Of a stretch of DNA of 64,000 nucleotides, positions 19,553 to 30,232 are shown piece by piece. The stretch is taken from the IMG/VR virus record IMGVR_UViG_3300010162_000373, positions 68,865 through 132,864 of that record. One strand, given 5' to 3'. The notes under the pieces are model-generated. The model was not told the origin of the DNA and did not search any database. It saw only the letters and a list, made by a program, of their open reading frames with translations. A program made the position numbers and the translations under genes. This stretch comes from a virus (taxonomy: Duplodnaviria; Caudoviricetes). How positions within the stretch are numbered: position 1 is the first letter of the stretch; every line of letters begins with the position of its first letter.

Positions 19553-20304
19553 TACCGAATAGAAATAAATGTATAGGTAAAATCGTGCTGCCTAACTCCT
19601 TGTGTGGTAGTTGAGGTGACTAAGTTCATACGAATAAGTACGCCAACATATGTTATACTGCCGCCCCACAAAGTGTCATAAGTGGTTAATGTGATTTGCT
19701 CCCGTGCTCGTTGATTCTTGCCGGCTTCTCGCAATTCCTTAAGTTTATACATTTCATAAAATTCAACAAGACTGTGTACCGGGTTTACCAGTTCATTTTC
19801 CCCTCCGCCTATGCCGCCTGGACTTCCACGATGACACGGAGAATAATCAAAGGCCACTCCAGAAACAATATACGACATTGGCTTATCGCCAAAAAAGCTT
19901 AAATATAGGTGTCCGTTAAGCACCGGCTCAGGCTGACAAGCTACCTCTCGGGCATACTGGATGTTATTAACAATACAGTGCGCTAGAAAATCGTGTTCTT
20001 CGCTACGATACTGCGACAAATTTAAATAACCTCCTAGCTGTCTAGACCCGTCGCCGGCAAAAGGACTGTTTTCGCCTTTTAATTGCTTACCTATCCCTTC
20101 TTCAGCTTTTTTTATGCGTAAGCTACCTAATCGCTTATTTGGGTCAACATCTACAAAGCGAGAAAGCGTGGGCATACCTACAGCAGTCACTCCTTCTCCC
20201 TCGCCGCCCCATGTGGGACGACCAGCGGTAAATAAATTAAATCCGCCTCGATTATCCAACCCAGCTGTAGAAGTACTTATCCTATTTAAATCTACTGATG
20301 ACAT
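19552..20304 (-). CDS. Putative tail tube initiator-like protein
   Basis: Directly after the tape measure gene; YLSFFGDKPMSYIVSG tube-like motif. Confidence 0.5.
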   Translation of the reverse strand: MSSVDLNRISTSTAGLDNRGGFNLFTAGRPTWGGEGEGVTAVGMPTLSRFVDVDPNKRLGSLRIKKAEEGIGKQLKGENSPFAGDGSRQLGGYLNLSQYRSEEHDFLAHCIVNNIQYAREVACQPEPVLNGHLYLSFFGDKPMSYIVSGVAFDYSPCHRGSPGGIGGGENELVNPVHSLVEFYEMYKLKELREAGKNQRAREQITLTTYDTLWGGSITYVGVLIRMNLVTSTTTQGVRQHDFTYTFISIR

Positions 20305-20315
20305 AACAATTTATA

Positions 20316-23300
20316 CTAAGCTTGACCGCTTGATGGCAAAACTCTTGCTGCCGTCTCATTTACACAAACATCACCATTAATTATCAACGATCCTGCCGTA
20401 ACCCGCATTTCAGCTACGCTCTGCTCCTGTGACCCTCCTCGGCCGTCAGCATAACCTACTTGACTATCTCTTGACAGGATAATAGGAATATGCTCCCTAT
20501 CAATTTCTGACAAAGTTTTCTCAGGGGTAAGGAAGCTTTCGTCTAGCTTACTAATACTATTTACTAAATTATCCATGCTCTTAGCTAGCTCCTCAGCGCC
20601 TACAAGTTTTATTTCACTTGGAACGCCGCTCACAGTTTTCTCATCTGCCGGCGTAGTTGTTTGCGTTGCTTTTCTTTGCTCCTCAATAGTTGCTATAGTA
20701 GCATCTGCTCTTTTTTGACTTTCGGCGACTTTAGCTTCAAGATACTTTTTTTCAGCCTCCTCTTCTTCAACAGTGACGGCTAAATGCGCGTCGCGCGCTT
20801 CTTGGTCTCGTGTTAGCTGCCTGCTTGCCTCTCTAATGCTCGCATTTAATGTATTGGCCTCACGACGTAAATTTCCATCATTACTCCAACGTTTTTGCAT
20901 GTCGGCCAATTCTGCTTCTGCCCCAATTTTAGCACGGTCAGCAGCCCCCATACCAATTAATTCTCGCCTTCTCTCGGCATTGCCTGCGATGTCTTCACGC
21001 TCTGATGTAATTTCCGCCAGTCTCGCCCTTTGTGCATCAATAGCCTTGGTGCGCTTTGCTACGTGTTCCGCCCATTTTTCTGGATCATTTCTAGCGAACT
21101 CTTCAAAATGTGCATCTCTTATGGCTTTATCGCCTTTAAAAACCGATAGCTCCATTTCAGCACTTTCTTTAAATCGCTGGTGTACAACCTGCCTTGCGTC
21201 AGCACGCACATTTCCATCTCGATCAAAATTACTATCTTGGCTTAACAGCTCAGACATACGGGCTATAAGATCTAAATTAGCCGCAGATACATCACTGCCA
21301 TCATCGAGATCATAAACAGCTCTAGCTAATGTTAAGTTTTCAGTGCGTCGCGTCTCATTAACTTCTTGCTGTCGAATTTGCTCTATTTGCTGTAAATCAG
21401 TTGTTAATTGACTTTCTCTAGATTCACCTGATCTAGCAATTTCACCACGACCTATACTTCTAAATTGCTGCACCAAAGCTTCTTCCGAGCTAGTATTTAA
21501 ATTAAGCCCAAAAGCCTGACCCAGTCGTATTTCTCTTTGAGAAAATCCTTTAAAAGTTTCTAAAGCTTGGACGCGCTCTGTATGTGTCAATTGACTCATA
21601 GCTCCAATCACTTTAGTCTGTAATTCTTGAGGAATATGCGTTAATGCACTAGTCAACCCTGTAAGGGCTTCAAGATCGCCACCGCCTGTAGCTTCTTGCA
21701 GCATTTTAATAGCGGTAGCACGTGCCTGCGACGGCACTGCATTTAATAGTCTCGTAACGTTACGTGCTATCTCACCGTCTTTATCAGCTACGGCCAGTTT
21801 TGCTATTGTATTAATTAGTTCGTCCTGTCCGTCCGGGACTTGTGCCAGCATTTTCTCAGCTTGCTCTTCAGTAAGCCCCATATCACCCAGCATTTGCTGT
21901 ACTTGTGCCTCAATGCCCGCTCTCGCTGTCTTTTGAACTGTGTCTGTAGACGCAATTTCAACTGACCAAGAACCCCAGCCCAATCTTTGCCCTTCACCGT
22001 CACCGTAAGCTGCTCGTTCCACATCACTTCCGTGCCGAGCTATCAGCCGATCTGTTGCAGCTTTAGCTTCTTCCTCGCTGCCTTCGCGCATTAACTTAAG
22101 ATCAGCAAAACTCTCTCTCTTATCTGCAATAAAGCCCGTAACATCACCATCACCGGCTGCTCGCTGGACTTGCGCCAATGCATCCCATTGCTCTTTAAAT
22201 TGCTGCGGGGTTAAATTAATTAAATACTTAAGCGCTTCTTCATTTAAAGCACCTTCGCCGCCCATTAAGCCAGCCTCTTGCAAGCTTGTAAACGCATTAA
22301 TGGTTTTTTCATTAACGTTATTTAAGGCGCCCAGCATTGCACGCTGTTCTTCTCTAGTCGCATTAAACAGCGGGTTAAGCGCCGTTAATGTCCTTTCTAC
22401 GTCTATATCTTGTAAAGCTGCGTGCATTTGCAGCATCGGATCATTATCAGTCCTTTGTCTTAATCGTTGCTCAACAAACCGCTGCTGTACTTCTACGTCC
22501 CTACCCATCATTTGAAAAATGGAAGAATCTGGCTTACGTGATAAGGCCGTAGCAGTTCTAACAGTTCCAGTCTCAAAACCGCCTTCTCTTGCCCACAAAT
22601 TGTAATTAGTGACAAATGACCTGGTGTTATCCACTAATTGTTTTCGTTCCTCAGGAGAAAGAGACTTAGCGTCACGACCTACAAAATCCTCAAAACCCCA
22701 AGACTCTAGAATGCGCATCCCTTCAGGGCCCATACTATGTAGCTGAGATAAAATTCCAGTTTCCTCATCTAATAATAACTCTAAATTATTATTTGGATCC
22801 TCTGTTAACTCATGTAGCCCGCCATCTAGCCGCGTAAATATATCGTGCAGCTGCCTAGCTTTTTCTCTATTGTTTTCATCCGTGCTAGAGCCTAGTGTTC
22901 GTATAGTCTCATCAAATGTCTTTAATCTATCTTGATCACCTCGAAGTCTACTAAGCATTAGCTGCTCTCTTGTGTCCATAAGATTGCCTCTACGCGTAAA
23001 TACGTCATCCATTCGAGCTTTATCAGAAAGAGTGTGGATTAAATCTATTGCTCCGTCGGTATTATACGTAGCTATACGCACTCCGCGCCTGTCCTGAGAT
23101 ATTTGATCATAGCCCGGTACCATAGCTAAGTCAGCTTGGCGTACAATCTCCCCATTCAGCATCCTCTGCAATAAACTACGTGCAGCGGGCCTATTTTCTA
23201 ATCGCGCTAAAACTTCATCCTGCCTACCTTCATTAAGAGCAGTAATATCTTGCTGAGTTAAATCACCAGCTCGAAGCATTGTCCCAAGCACATTAGCCAT

Positions 23301-24920
23301 GTCCGAATCTAAGTGCTGTAAGGACGTAGCTAAACTAACGCCATATATCTCAGCTAAATCTGCCTGCCCTAGTACATTACTTTGAGTAATCCAGCTAGCT
23401 CCTTGATGTGTTAACCCTACAAGCTGTTTTACTGTATCTAGTTGAATCTTTCCTTCAAACCTCTCTAAACCCGTCCCCTGTAATCCCGCTGACACTCTTT
23501 GAGCTAACATAAAACGATCTCGCTCATCCATGCCTTGTGTATGATCAGTTAACAGCGATAAATACTGAGCAACATCTTCCATTGTTCGAGTGCGCAAGTT
23601 AATATTAGCTTGAGCGCCTTTACCGCCAAAAAACGTCTCCATATATTGCTGCATCCCTTGAGAGGTTAGCATATCAGCTGGCGCACCAAGTCTTTGTAAT
23701 TTAGACATAATCGGGCGCTCTAGCTCATCCATTCGCTGAATTAGTGCTGTTGTTCTTGCTACATTTGCTCCACCAAGCATTTCTTCATCCATTAGGTTTT
23801 TAAGTAGCTCAGCATGATCACTTCCGTTACTTACTATTTTCTTTTGCTCAGCTAGCTGCTCACGATTTAGCTTAGCTATTTCATCTAACTTACTCGCCAA
23901 TAAAGATTCTCTTTCATCTTCTGAGTCAGCTTGTGCAATTAACGCATCAAAACTACTAGTTAAGTCTTGCTGCCGTTTTGCAAAGTCATCTAAGGTAGTA
24001 GCTAACTCAGTAAACAGTTGATCAAAATCACCGTCTCTATCGTGGGCTACGCCAGCATCAGCTAGTCGTTCCATTAATGCGTCGCTGAGAAGCAATCTAC
24101 CATCGTCATCGCGCCTAAACTGAAGATTTCCCTCCGCATCTCGCTCTTGTGTAAAATGTCGCGCAAGCCCGCCCTGTGCAGCGCTTGCCATAGCCATACG
24201 CATTCTCTGTACTTCGCCTGAATCAGAATCAGCTAGCTGTATATCCTGCGCATTAATTATGCGACCATCTTCATCTCGTATAATTCCAAAAGCAGCATCG
24301 GTTAGCTGGGCAGCTTGTGTAATTTCCGCCGTATCTCTATGATCAAATAACCCCGTGTGTCTAAGTGCGTGCGTAATCTGAGAAACTCTTGCAAAATTAG
24401 GCGTTTCTAAGCCCATATCCCGCATATTCGCCATACTAGATTGAAATTGATTAGCGAAGGCAGTTGTATACGCCTGGTTCATTCCTAGCTGATTACCCTG
24501 CGCATCCCGCTGCCCAGCTACGACGTTTTCCATAAGGTTTCTTAGCGCAATACGCGGATTACCCTCTGGCCCAGAAAGAGCATGTAAAACATGCTCAGGT
24601 AAGATGCCGCCTAACATTGGCTCAATAGCATTAGCTACGCTCTCAATAGTTCCAGTTACTTGAGAGCTAATACCAAGATTTTGCTGAAGAAAGTTTGTAA
24701 AGGCCTCAAAGGGCCTCAGGTTAGCTCGATTAATACCTCCTTGTGTAGCTTCCTGTATTGCGGTCAATCGCGCAAAATCGCCACGATCCAACATGCCACG
24801 ATTGGCAAAGAAAGCTTGCTCTGGGTTATCCGACCCCAGATTAGACATCCATGTAAAAATTTGTGTCAATATATCGGTATTGGGCAGCCGATACATGACA
24901 TTGTTGCTCATCTGAACCAT
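20316..24920 (-). CDS. Tail tape measure protein
   Basis: 1534 aa helical Ala/Gln/Glu/Arg-rich protein after the frameshifted chaperone pair. Confidence 0.82.
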   Translation of the reverse strand: MVQMSNNVMYRLPNTDILTQIFTWMSNLGSDNPEQAFFANRGMLDRGDFARLTAIQEATQGGINRANLRPFEAFTNFLQQNLGISSQVTGTIESVANAIEPMLGGILPEHVLHALSGPEGNPRIALRNLMENVVAGQRDAQGNQLGMNQAYTTAFANQFQSSMANMRDMGLETPNFARVSQITHALRHTGLFDHRDTAEITQAAQLTDAAFGIIRDEDGRIINAQDIQLADSDSGEVQRMRMAMASAAQGGLARHFTQERDAEGNLQFRRDDDGRLLLSDALMERLADAGVAHDRDGDFDQLFTELATTLDDFAKRQQDLTSSFDALIAQADSEDERESLLASKLDEIAKLNREQLAEQKKIVSNGSDHAELLKNLMDEEMLGGANVARTTALIQRMDELERPIMSKLQRLGAPADMLTSQGMQQYMETFFGGKGAQANINLRTRTMEDVAQYLSLLTDHTQGMDERDRFMLAQRVSAGLQGTGLERFEGKIQLDTVKQLVGLTHQGASWITQSNVLGQADLAEIYGVSLATSLQHLDSDMANVLGTMLRAGDLTQQDITALNEGRQDEVLARLENRPAARSLLQRMLNGEIVRQADLAMVPGYDQISQDRRGVRIATYNTDGAIDLIHTLSDKARMDDVFTRRGNLMDTREQLMLSRLRGDQDRLKTFDETIRTLGSSTDENNREKARQLHDIFTRLDGGLHELTEDPNNNLELLLDEETGILSQLHSMGPEGMRILESWGFEDFVGRDAKSLSPEERKQLVDNTRSFVTNYNLWAREGGFETGTVRTATALSRKPDSSIFQMMGRDVEVQQRFVEQRLRQRTDNDPMLQMHAALQDIDVERTLTALNPLFNATREEQRAMLGALNNVNEKTINAFTSLQEAGLMGGEGALNEEALKYLINLTPQQFKEQWDALAQVQRAAGDGDVTGFIADKRESFADLKLMREGSEEEAKAATDRLIARHGSDVERAAYGDGEGQRLGWGSWSVEIASTDTVQKTARAGIEAQVQQMLGDMGLTEEQAEKMLAQVPDGQDELINTIAKLAVADKDGEIARNVTRLLNAVPSQARATAIKMLQEATGGGDLEALTGLTSALTHIPQELQTKVIGAMSQLTHTERVQALETFKGFSQREIRLGQAFGLNLNTSSEEALVQQFRSIGRGEIARSGESRESQLTTDLQQIEQIRQQEVNETRRTENLTLARAVYDLDDGSDVSAANLDLIARMSELLSQDSNFDRDGNVRADARQVVHQRFKESAEMELSVFKGDKAIRDAHFEEFARNDPEKWAEHVAKRTKAIDAQRARLAEITSEREDIAGNAERRRELIGMGAADRAKIGAEAELADMQKRWSNDGNLRREANTLNASIREASRQLTRDQEARDAHLAVTVEEEEAEKKYLEAKVAESQKRADATIATIEEQRKATQTTTPADEKTVSGVPSEIKLVGAEELAKSMDNLVNSISKLDESFLTPEKTLSEIDREHIPIILSRDSQVGYADGRGGSQEQSVAEMRVTAGSLIINGDVCVNETAARVLPSSGQA

Positions 24921-24923
24921 AGG

Positions 24924-25319
24924 TTACTTCATAAATAAATAGTCAAACACTTCACGCATATCAGAAAACTCTGATGAAGCAGCTGGAACTGCTACACCGT
25001 CTTTTGTTCTTTTTACTGGCTTACCCGCAAATACTCCAAAAACTTGCTGATATTGTGCATAGAAGTCTTTATTATGTTTATCTATGCTGCTTTGCTCATA
25101 GCGACCGCTACCTACGGTAATTAAATAAATTGCGTTATATGCAAAATTTAATAAAGCTAAATCTTTTTCAACTTTTTCAGCATAAAATTTAGTGCCAAGC
25201 CTTACTCTAATTTTAGCCGCCGCCTCAGGACTTAAAAGGTCTTTTTTACTAATAAAGCCGGCCGATACAGCATTAAATATGTTGCGAGCATATTTAATTA
25301 TTGCTGTATCGGCTTCCAA
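24924..25319 (-). CDS. Tail assembly chaperone, -1 frameshift extension (T-like)
   Basis: No ATG start; overlaps the upstream gene in the -1 frame at G GAT TTT. Confidence 0.7.
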   Translation of the reverse strand: MEADTAIIKYARNIFNAVSAGFISKKDLLSPEAAAKIRVRLGTKFYAEKVEKDLALLNFAYNAIYLITVGSGRYEQSSIDKHNKDFYAQYQQVFGVFAGKPVKRTKDGVAVPAASSEFSDMREVFDYLFMK

Positions 25320-26470
25320 AAATCCGCATCTAACCCTAATGCCACTAACCTCTTATGCCTAAACTGCATTTTTGTTGTCTCGGAGCACAATAGCTTAAGC
25401 AATTCTGCATTTTCAACCGCCTCCACTAGCGCTTGACAACGAGCAACCACAAGATCTACGGCCTCATCGACCGTACCATTTAAATTTAAAGGACTGTAAC
25501 TATACTGCCGTTTGCCAATATCTAAATTTATAATTGAAAAAGCTAAATACGCCCTCAAATAGAAATCAAACTTCTCTTTTGTCGATAACTCCGGTCTAAG
25601 ACTTACTTTATCAATTACAGCCTCTAAATAGTCAGCTTCAGCCGTATTCAACGCCCTAACCTTTAATTTAACGGCATCATTAAATAAATAAATGGTTTCC
25701 TCATACGGCTGTCCGTGAATAACAGAATAAAGGAATTGCTTTTTGTGCTCAGCCGTGACCTCAGCTGGATCCACACTTAATGGAATATTACAATGAGGAC
25801 AATTTCCAAATTTAGCAAAAGGCGCTAATTCCGAAGGAGGCGCACTAGGCGGCTCTCCAGCGCTCGCAATAACCGGCTGCGACTTAGCGGTCACCTGAGG
25901 CGCAACGGCCGCCACAGTCGCTGTTTCAGCTCCTGTGGTGTGCTCTATCTTCACCGCGTTTTCAGCTTCATTTTTGATAGCTTGGGGAGCATTAGCTGCG
26001 TGCAATTTTTGCCCTACGTGCTTAAATAACTCAGCTGGCGAATCAAAACTCATCGTAGGCTCATTTTCACGCCGCTGCGCTTCTTGATTAGCTTCATATT
26101 TTAATTTTTGCTCACCTAAAAACGAAGCTAATAACTTACGGTCTTCAACAGATAATTCAGCTAGGCTATTAATTTTCTTAACCGGAATAGCCTCCATGTC
26201 AATTTCCTTAGTTGCAATATTAGCAAGGATTTCTTTTTGTATTTCCTCGATAACTTTGCCATAATTATCGTTCAAAACAAGCTTGGAAGTATCTAGCTTT
26301 TGAACTAATTCTCTTACATCATCAGAGAACGTCTCTACAGCATATACGCCCGATTGAATAATTCCAGTACCAGAATAAGTAAAACCTTCGGGCTCTTCAA
26401 CGGCAGCAGCTGGCGGCAAGGTAGCTGGCAATTCAACGGGCTGTGGCTTGTTTTTTTGATGTAAAAGCAT
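25298..26470 (-). CDS. Tail assembly chaperone (G-like) with CxxC
   Basis: Upstream of the tape measure gene; YEETIYLFNDAVKLKVRALNTAE; CPHC; ends DFW at the slippery site. Confidence 0.68.
   Translation of the reverse strand: MLLHQKNKPQPVELPATLPPAAAVEEPEGFTYSGTGIIQSGVYAVETFSDDVRELVQKLDTSKLVLNDNYGKVIEEIQKEILANIATKEIDMEAIPVKKINSLAELSVEDRKLLASFLGEQKLKYEANQEAQRRENEPTMSFDSPAELFKHVGQKLHAANAPQAIKNEAENAVKIEHTTGAETATVAAVAPQVTAKSQPVIASAGEPPSAPPSELAPFAKFGNCPHCNIPLSVDPAEVTAEHKKQFLYSVIHGQPYEETIYLFNDAVKLKVRALNTAEADYLEAVIDKVSLRPELSTKEKFDFYLRAYLAFSIINLDIGKRQYSYSPLNLNGTVDEAVDLVVARCQALVEAVENAELLKLLCSETTKMQFRHKRLVALGLDADFWKPIQQ
25319..25325 (-). other. Putative -1 ribosomal slippery site G GAT TTT
   Basis: In-frame GCG GAT TTT TGG; the -1 frame continues for 131 codons. 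Confidence 0.7.
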
Positions 26471-26518
26471 AATTAAATTATTAAAACGTTTTTATTTAGT
26501 ATAATAAAAAGCCACTAT

Positions 26519-29350
26519 TTAGCTAATTACGGTAGCCGAGAAGACTTCTACCGGTTCTTTTAGCTCCGGCGTCTCATAATTCTCCACCTCGTTCTGATTA
26601 TCAATAGCGTATTCATCCTCTGGCGTATTTTCTTTAATATCTTTATCGTTGTTGCCGTCAGGGTCATTTGGATCAAGCTCATACCCTTTATTTTTGACAT
26701 CCGCATATACACTCTTAGGCACTACGCAACAAGCTTGATCCCAGCGAGTCTTACCTGGCCACGCACTTTCAGCTTCATTATTGGGCACTTTACTCCTAAA
26801 CTTCTCGTGAAACTGTTTTAATTTAAACTCATCTATCTTACCGCCAAACTCCTCAATATATTGAGGCATTACAAAGACATACTCTTCCGTGCCGTATTGG
26901 TCTTGATCCCTACTTTTAAAGGCCTTATATTGAAACGTCGTCTCGTGCCCAACTTCTTGCATCTGATATAGTGGCTGCACTTTTGGATGCAATAAATCCG
27001 AATTAAATAACTGCCTATCAGCATTAGCTGCAATATTGGCGGTAATTGATGCCTTAGCTGCCCTGCAGCAAGCTTGTCCCGCAAAACAAGGTAAAAAACT
27101 AAAACCACCCGTAGCGCAGCCGCTTCCTTGAATACAAATGTTTCCGCAGCCAGTTATTCCTCCTTCATATTTAATCCCTTGTTTTACATCTATAGATTTG
27201 TGTACTATAAAATCATCCTTAATGTGTGTCTTTTTAAGGTTGGTAATGCGACCACCTTCTTTATTGGCCTCAACAACCACACCACTCGTCGCTGCCTGCG
27301 ACTGCTTAGAGTGCGGCCCAGTAATAAGCAGTGATTCCATCATCGCCTTTATTTCATACGTCTGCCCAGCCCAACACCAACAGCTTGTGCCGTAATCATA
27401 AAAACCTTCGTCTAAGCACTTTGTATAAATATCCTTGGTGTAATGAATAGTAGAAGTATCTTTTGCAACTAAATAAAGTCCATCTTTTTTAATGTCTTCG
27501 CCAAATTCCTCCTTCTCAACATACGCATCAAATTTCTGCATACCCCTATTCTCAATAAGTGTACGACCAGAACTGCTGACAGCACCTACAATTTCCATAT
27601 TATGATAGGCAGCTAACCTCATGTCATTTTGAACTGCAGTCAAATCCATCGATTTATTAGCAGTAATAACAGTATCGTCACCAGACATACTAACAACTCG
27701 TCGCTGAGCCTTGAAAGTAATATCGCCAATAGAGTCTATTTCAATCCCATTAACACCTGTTCTTATTTCATTACCGTACGCATCCCTAATTAAAAAACCC
27801 CCGTCCTGCGTAGCATAAATACCTGATTTACGAATCGTATAGTCTACGTCTTTCCAAAAAATCTCCGCATTAGCTGTCGTAGTATTAAGCTTAGGCATAA
27901 GCTGCTTATTTTTTAGCTGCTGTGCGTAAGGTTTTAACTGGTCAATAGTTAGCTGCGGCTCAACTCTTTGATAGTCTTTCTTATGGTGTGCAAACGCATA
28001 CAAACTTTTATATTTTTCCCTAATATAATAATCATCTACGCCCACTGCTCGGACAAGCGGATCAGTAATAGGGTCGTTTGCATTTTGCACTTTTAATGTT
28101 TCAGTTTTATCTCCCTCTTTACCGGTATATTCATAGCCGTTATCGCCGCTATCACCTTCATCCTCAAACTGCTCACAGCAGTTCTGATAACACGGTACAA
28201 CAATTGTTCGCTCAAGAGAGAACCCGCCAGCAGCTTGTAGAGAAAAGGCACCACTTACATTTAATGACTGCCTATAGAGCTGAGAGGTTTCTCGTTCTCG
28301 ATGCATTTCATATAGCTCATTTGGCTGTTTAGGGTATGATCTTACAGAAGTCATACCGCCATGCCCTAACCACCCGCCAAACTGTTCAAACCTGAAGAAC
28401 GGAGATAGCTTTTCTTTAATATCGTCACCTTCGCCACATTCAGCTGCCGTATAGAGTTTTTGCGTATCCATCGTTCTATCGGTATCTACGCTAATCCACT
28501 CTTCCCCCTTTCGTCCAGGCTTTCTAAGAACACCTAATCCTTCCCAGTCATATAATGCTTGCCCGCCGTAGTTTAATGTTTCTCCGCAAGCAGTGTATTT
28601 ATTGAAATGCCCGGCTGGTGTCCAAACTTGCCAGTTTTTAGCTACTTGGCGCATCAACTCATCAATTAGATTTTGCCAGATACCGCAGCCGTTAGATACT
28701 TTTAAGACCTGCTGCCACATATTCATGTGAATTAACCCGCCAGTAAAATTACTATAAGTAAGGTCACCTAAACCGGTAGAATCAATAGGTCTTGCGTCTC
28801 CATAATGCCTGAACGGAAATTCTAAGGTATAGGTCTTTGGGTAATCATCTTTTCGTACGCCAATTCTCGCCCATAAATGATTAATATTGGCATACCGAGG
28901 CTTAGCTGAGAAGAGTCTCGCGCGAGAAGCTAAATCAGGAATAGTTCCTAAAATAATCCCCATTCCACCAGGAGCTTGATTTAAATAGTAGACGACTACT
29001 CGCGCATTAGGCGGATAAGGAGCTGCCTTACTTGTTGAGAACGGTAGCCCTCTACCCGTATTGTCTGTACAGATTGTTTCTCCCGTATGGTTATCTAATA
29101 AAACAATATATTGACCGCTATAAACATTTGCATATTTAACAGTACCAGTACAAAGACTAGCCAGCGCATTAGTATTATTTTGATCGCTATCTGGCATAAT
29201 CAGCTCCGTACCTCCTTGTAAAAGTCGTTGCGACGCCGAAGCGTTCTCGTTAGTGCGCATCAGTGCGGCAAGAACGTTTGATACAACTGTTTGCTGATTA
29301 TAGTTTTGGTTATTAGCTGGGCGCGTGTTACCATTATGACGTGTTTGCAT
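26519..29350 (-). CDS. Baseplate central spike (gp5/gpV/VgrG-like)
   Basis: OB-fold-like N region (YPPNARVVV...GIILGTIP) and beta-helix repeats (IRDAYGNEIRTGVNGIEIDSIGDITFKA...). Confidence 0.68.
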   Translation of the reverse strand: MQTRHNGNTRPANNQNYNQQTVVSNVLAALMRTNENASASQRLLQGGTELIMPDSDQNNTNALASLCTGTVKYANVYSGQYIVLLDNHTGETICTDNTGRGLPFSTSKAAPYPPNARVVVYYLNQAPGGMGIILGTIPDLASRARLFSAKPRYANINHLWARIGVRKDDYPKTYTLEFPFRHYGDARPIDSTGLGDLTYSNFTGGLIHMNMWQQVLKVSNGCGIWQNLIDELMRQVAKNWQVWTPAGHFNKYTACGETLNYGGQALYDWEGLGVLRKPGRKGEEWISVDTDRTMDTQKLYTAAECGEGDDIKEKLSPFFRFEQFGGWLGHGGMTSVRSYPKQPNELYEMHRERETSQLYRQSLNVSGAFSLQAAGGFSLERTIVVPCYQNCCEQFEDEGDSGDNGYEYTGKEGDKTETLKVQNANDPITDPLVRAVGVDDYYIREKYKSLYAFAHHKKDYQRVEPQLTIDQLKPYAQQLKNKQLMPKLNTTTANAEIFWKDVDYTIRKSGIYATQDGGFLIRDAYGNEIRTGVNGIEIDSIGDITFKAQRRVVSMSGDDTVITANKSMDLTAVQNDMRLAAYHNMEIVGAVSSSGRTLIENRGMQKFDAYVEKEEFGEDIKKDGLYLVAKDTSTIHYTKDIYTKCLDEGFYDYGTSCWCWAGQTYEIKAMMESLLITGPHSKQSQAATSGVVVEANKEGGRITNLKKTHIKDDFIVHKSIDVKQGIKYEGGITGCGNICIQGSGCATGGFSFLPCFAGQACCRAAKASITANIAANADRQLFNSDLLHPKVQPLYQMQEVGHETTFQYKAFKSRDQDQYGTEEYVFVMPQYIEEFGGKIDEFKLKQFHEKFRSKVPNNEAESAWPGKTRWDQACCVVPKSVYADVKNKGYELDPNDPDGNNDKDIKENTPEDEYAIDNQNEVENYETPELKEPVEVFSATVIS

Positions 29351-29372
29351 ATTAAAATTATAGTCGGTACGT

Positions 29373-29407
29373 AAAAAAAGGCTAATGCAATATACATTAG
29401 CCTTTTT
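29373..29407. terminator. Intrinsic terminator after the tail tube gene
   Basis: AAAAAGGCTAATG-caatata-CATTAGCCTTTTT. Confidence 0.85.
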
Positions 29408-29426
29408 ATTCTACTAAATAGGGCGA

Positions 29427-30167
29427 TTAGGTTCGCGCTGCCGCTGCCAAACTTGTGCCGAATCCTGAGGGCCCAGCTGCCTGACCTGCCGTATCTACCG
29501 CTCTCATGAGGCCACTTGTTTGGCCCTGGAATGCCGGATCATTGGTTAATGTTTGTCCGTGTGCATCAAGCGCAACAAATTCCATCATAAGCTGCGAAGT
29601 CATAACAAGGTTCTCAATATTTTGTGCAATCTGTACCTGACTAACCAAACACCCTTTTAGCGTCAGTTCGGGCAGATTCGCGCCCATGTCATTTTTGTCC
29701 TCCATTAACTGAGCACGAGTGACTGTATTAGTAGTTTGCGTTGCTTGACCACTATTTTCTAAGCCACAAATACCGCTATTCAAGCCGCTAATTTGGATAT
29801 GATTCCGTTGCGTATTACATGCGTTACCGTATTCCCGACAGAAACGATAGTATCCTAGCGCACCAGTTAAAGCTGAATTAAAGACAGCTGACCCAGTTGG
29901 CGGCGCGATGACAGTAAACACGTCGCTAGTATTTAACCCTCGTAGTTTAGTTACTGTTTGCTGGTATTGAACCTGGTAATTTTGAATGATCATTCCAGCA
30001 TAGGAACGACCATCTTTAAATGCCATGACTGCCTTACCATTAAACTTTAAACCGCCAACTATAGTTGGGTAATTTTCATGACTATTACCGAAGAGGTCAA
30101 CCTGGGCGGTAGCGTTATCGAAAAACCCATCGGTAGAAGTCGAAATTTGATTTAGATCCTGAGACAT
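29427..30167 (-). CDS. Tail tube protein
   Basis: Directly downstream of the sheath gene; IQNYQVQYQQTVTKL, TLKGCLVSQVQI. Confidence 0.72.
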   Translation of the reverse strand: MSQDLNQISTSTDGFFDNATAQVDLFGNSHENYPTIVGGLKFNGKAVMAFKDGRSYAGMIIQNYQVQYQQTVTKLRGLNTSDVFTVIAPPTGSAVFNSALTGALGYYRFCREYGNACNTQRNHIQISGLNSGICGLENSGQATQTTNTVTRAQLMEDKNDMGANLPELTLKGCLVSQVQIAQNIENLVMTSQLMMEFVALDAHGQTLTNDPAFQGQTSGLMRAVDTAGQAAGPSGFGTSLAAAART

Positions 30168-30232
30168 ATTATCTATTTATAACGTAAAGTTATTTTGTTA
30201 AAGTTAAAATTAAAGGTTTGACCGCCAAGTCA

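Noticed and set aside
20773-21315. Antisense ORFs over tape measure, fibre, collagen and scaffold genes
   Set aside because: Typical reverse-frame shadows of low-complexity Ala/Gly-rich genes, without SD or promoter support
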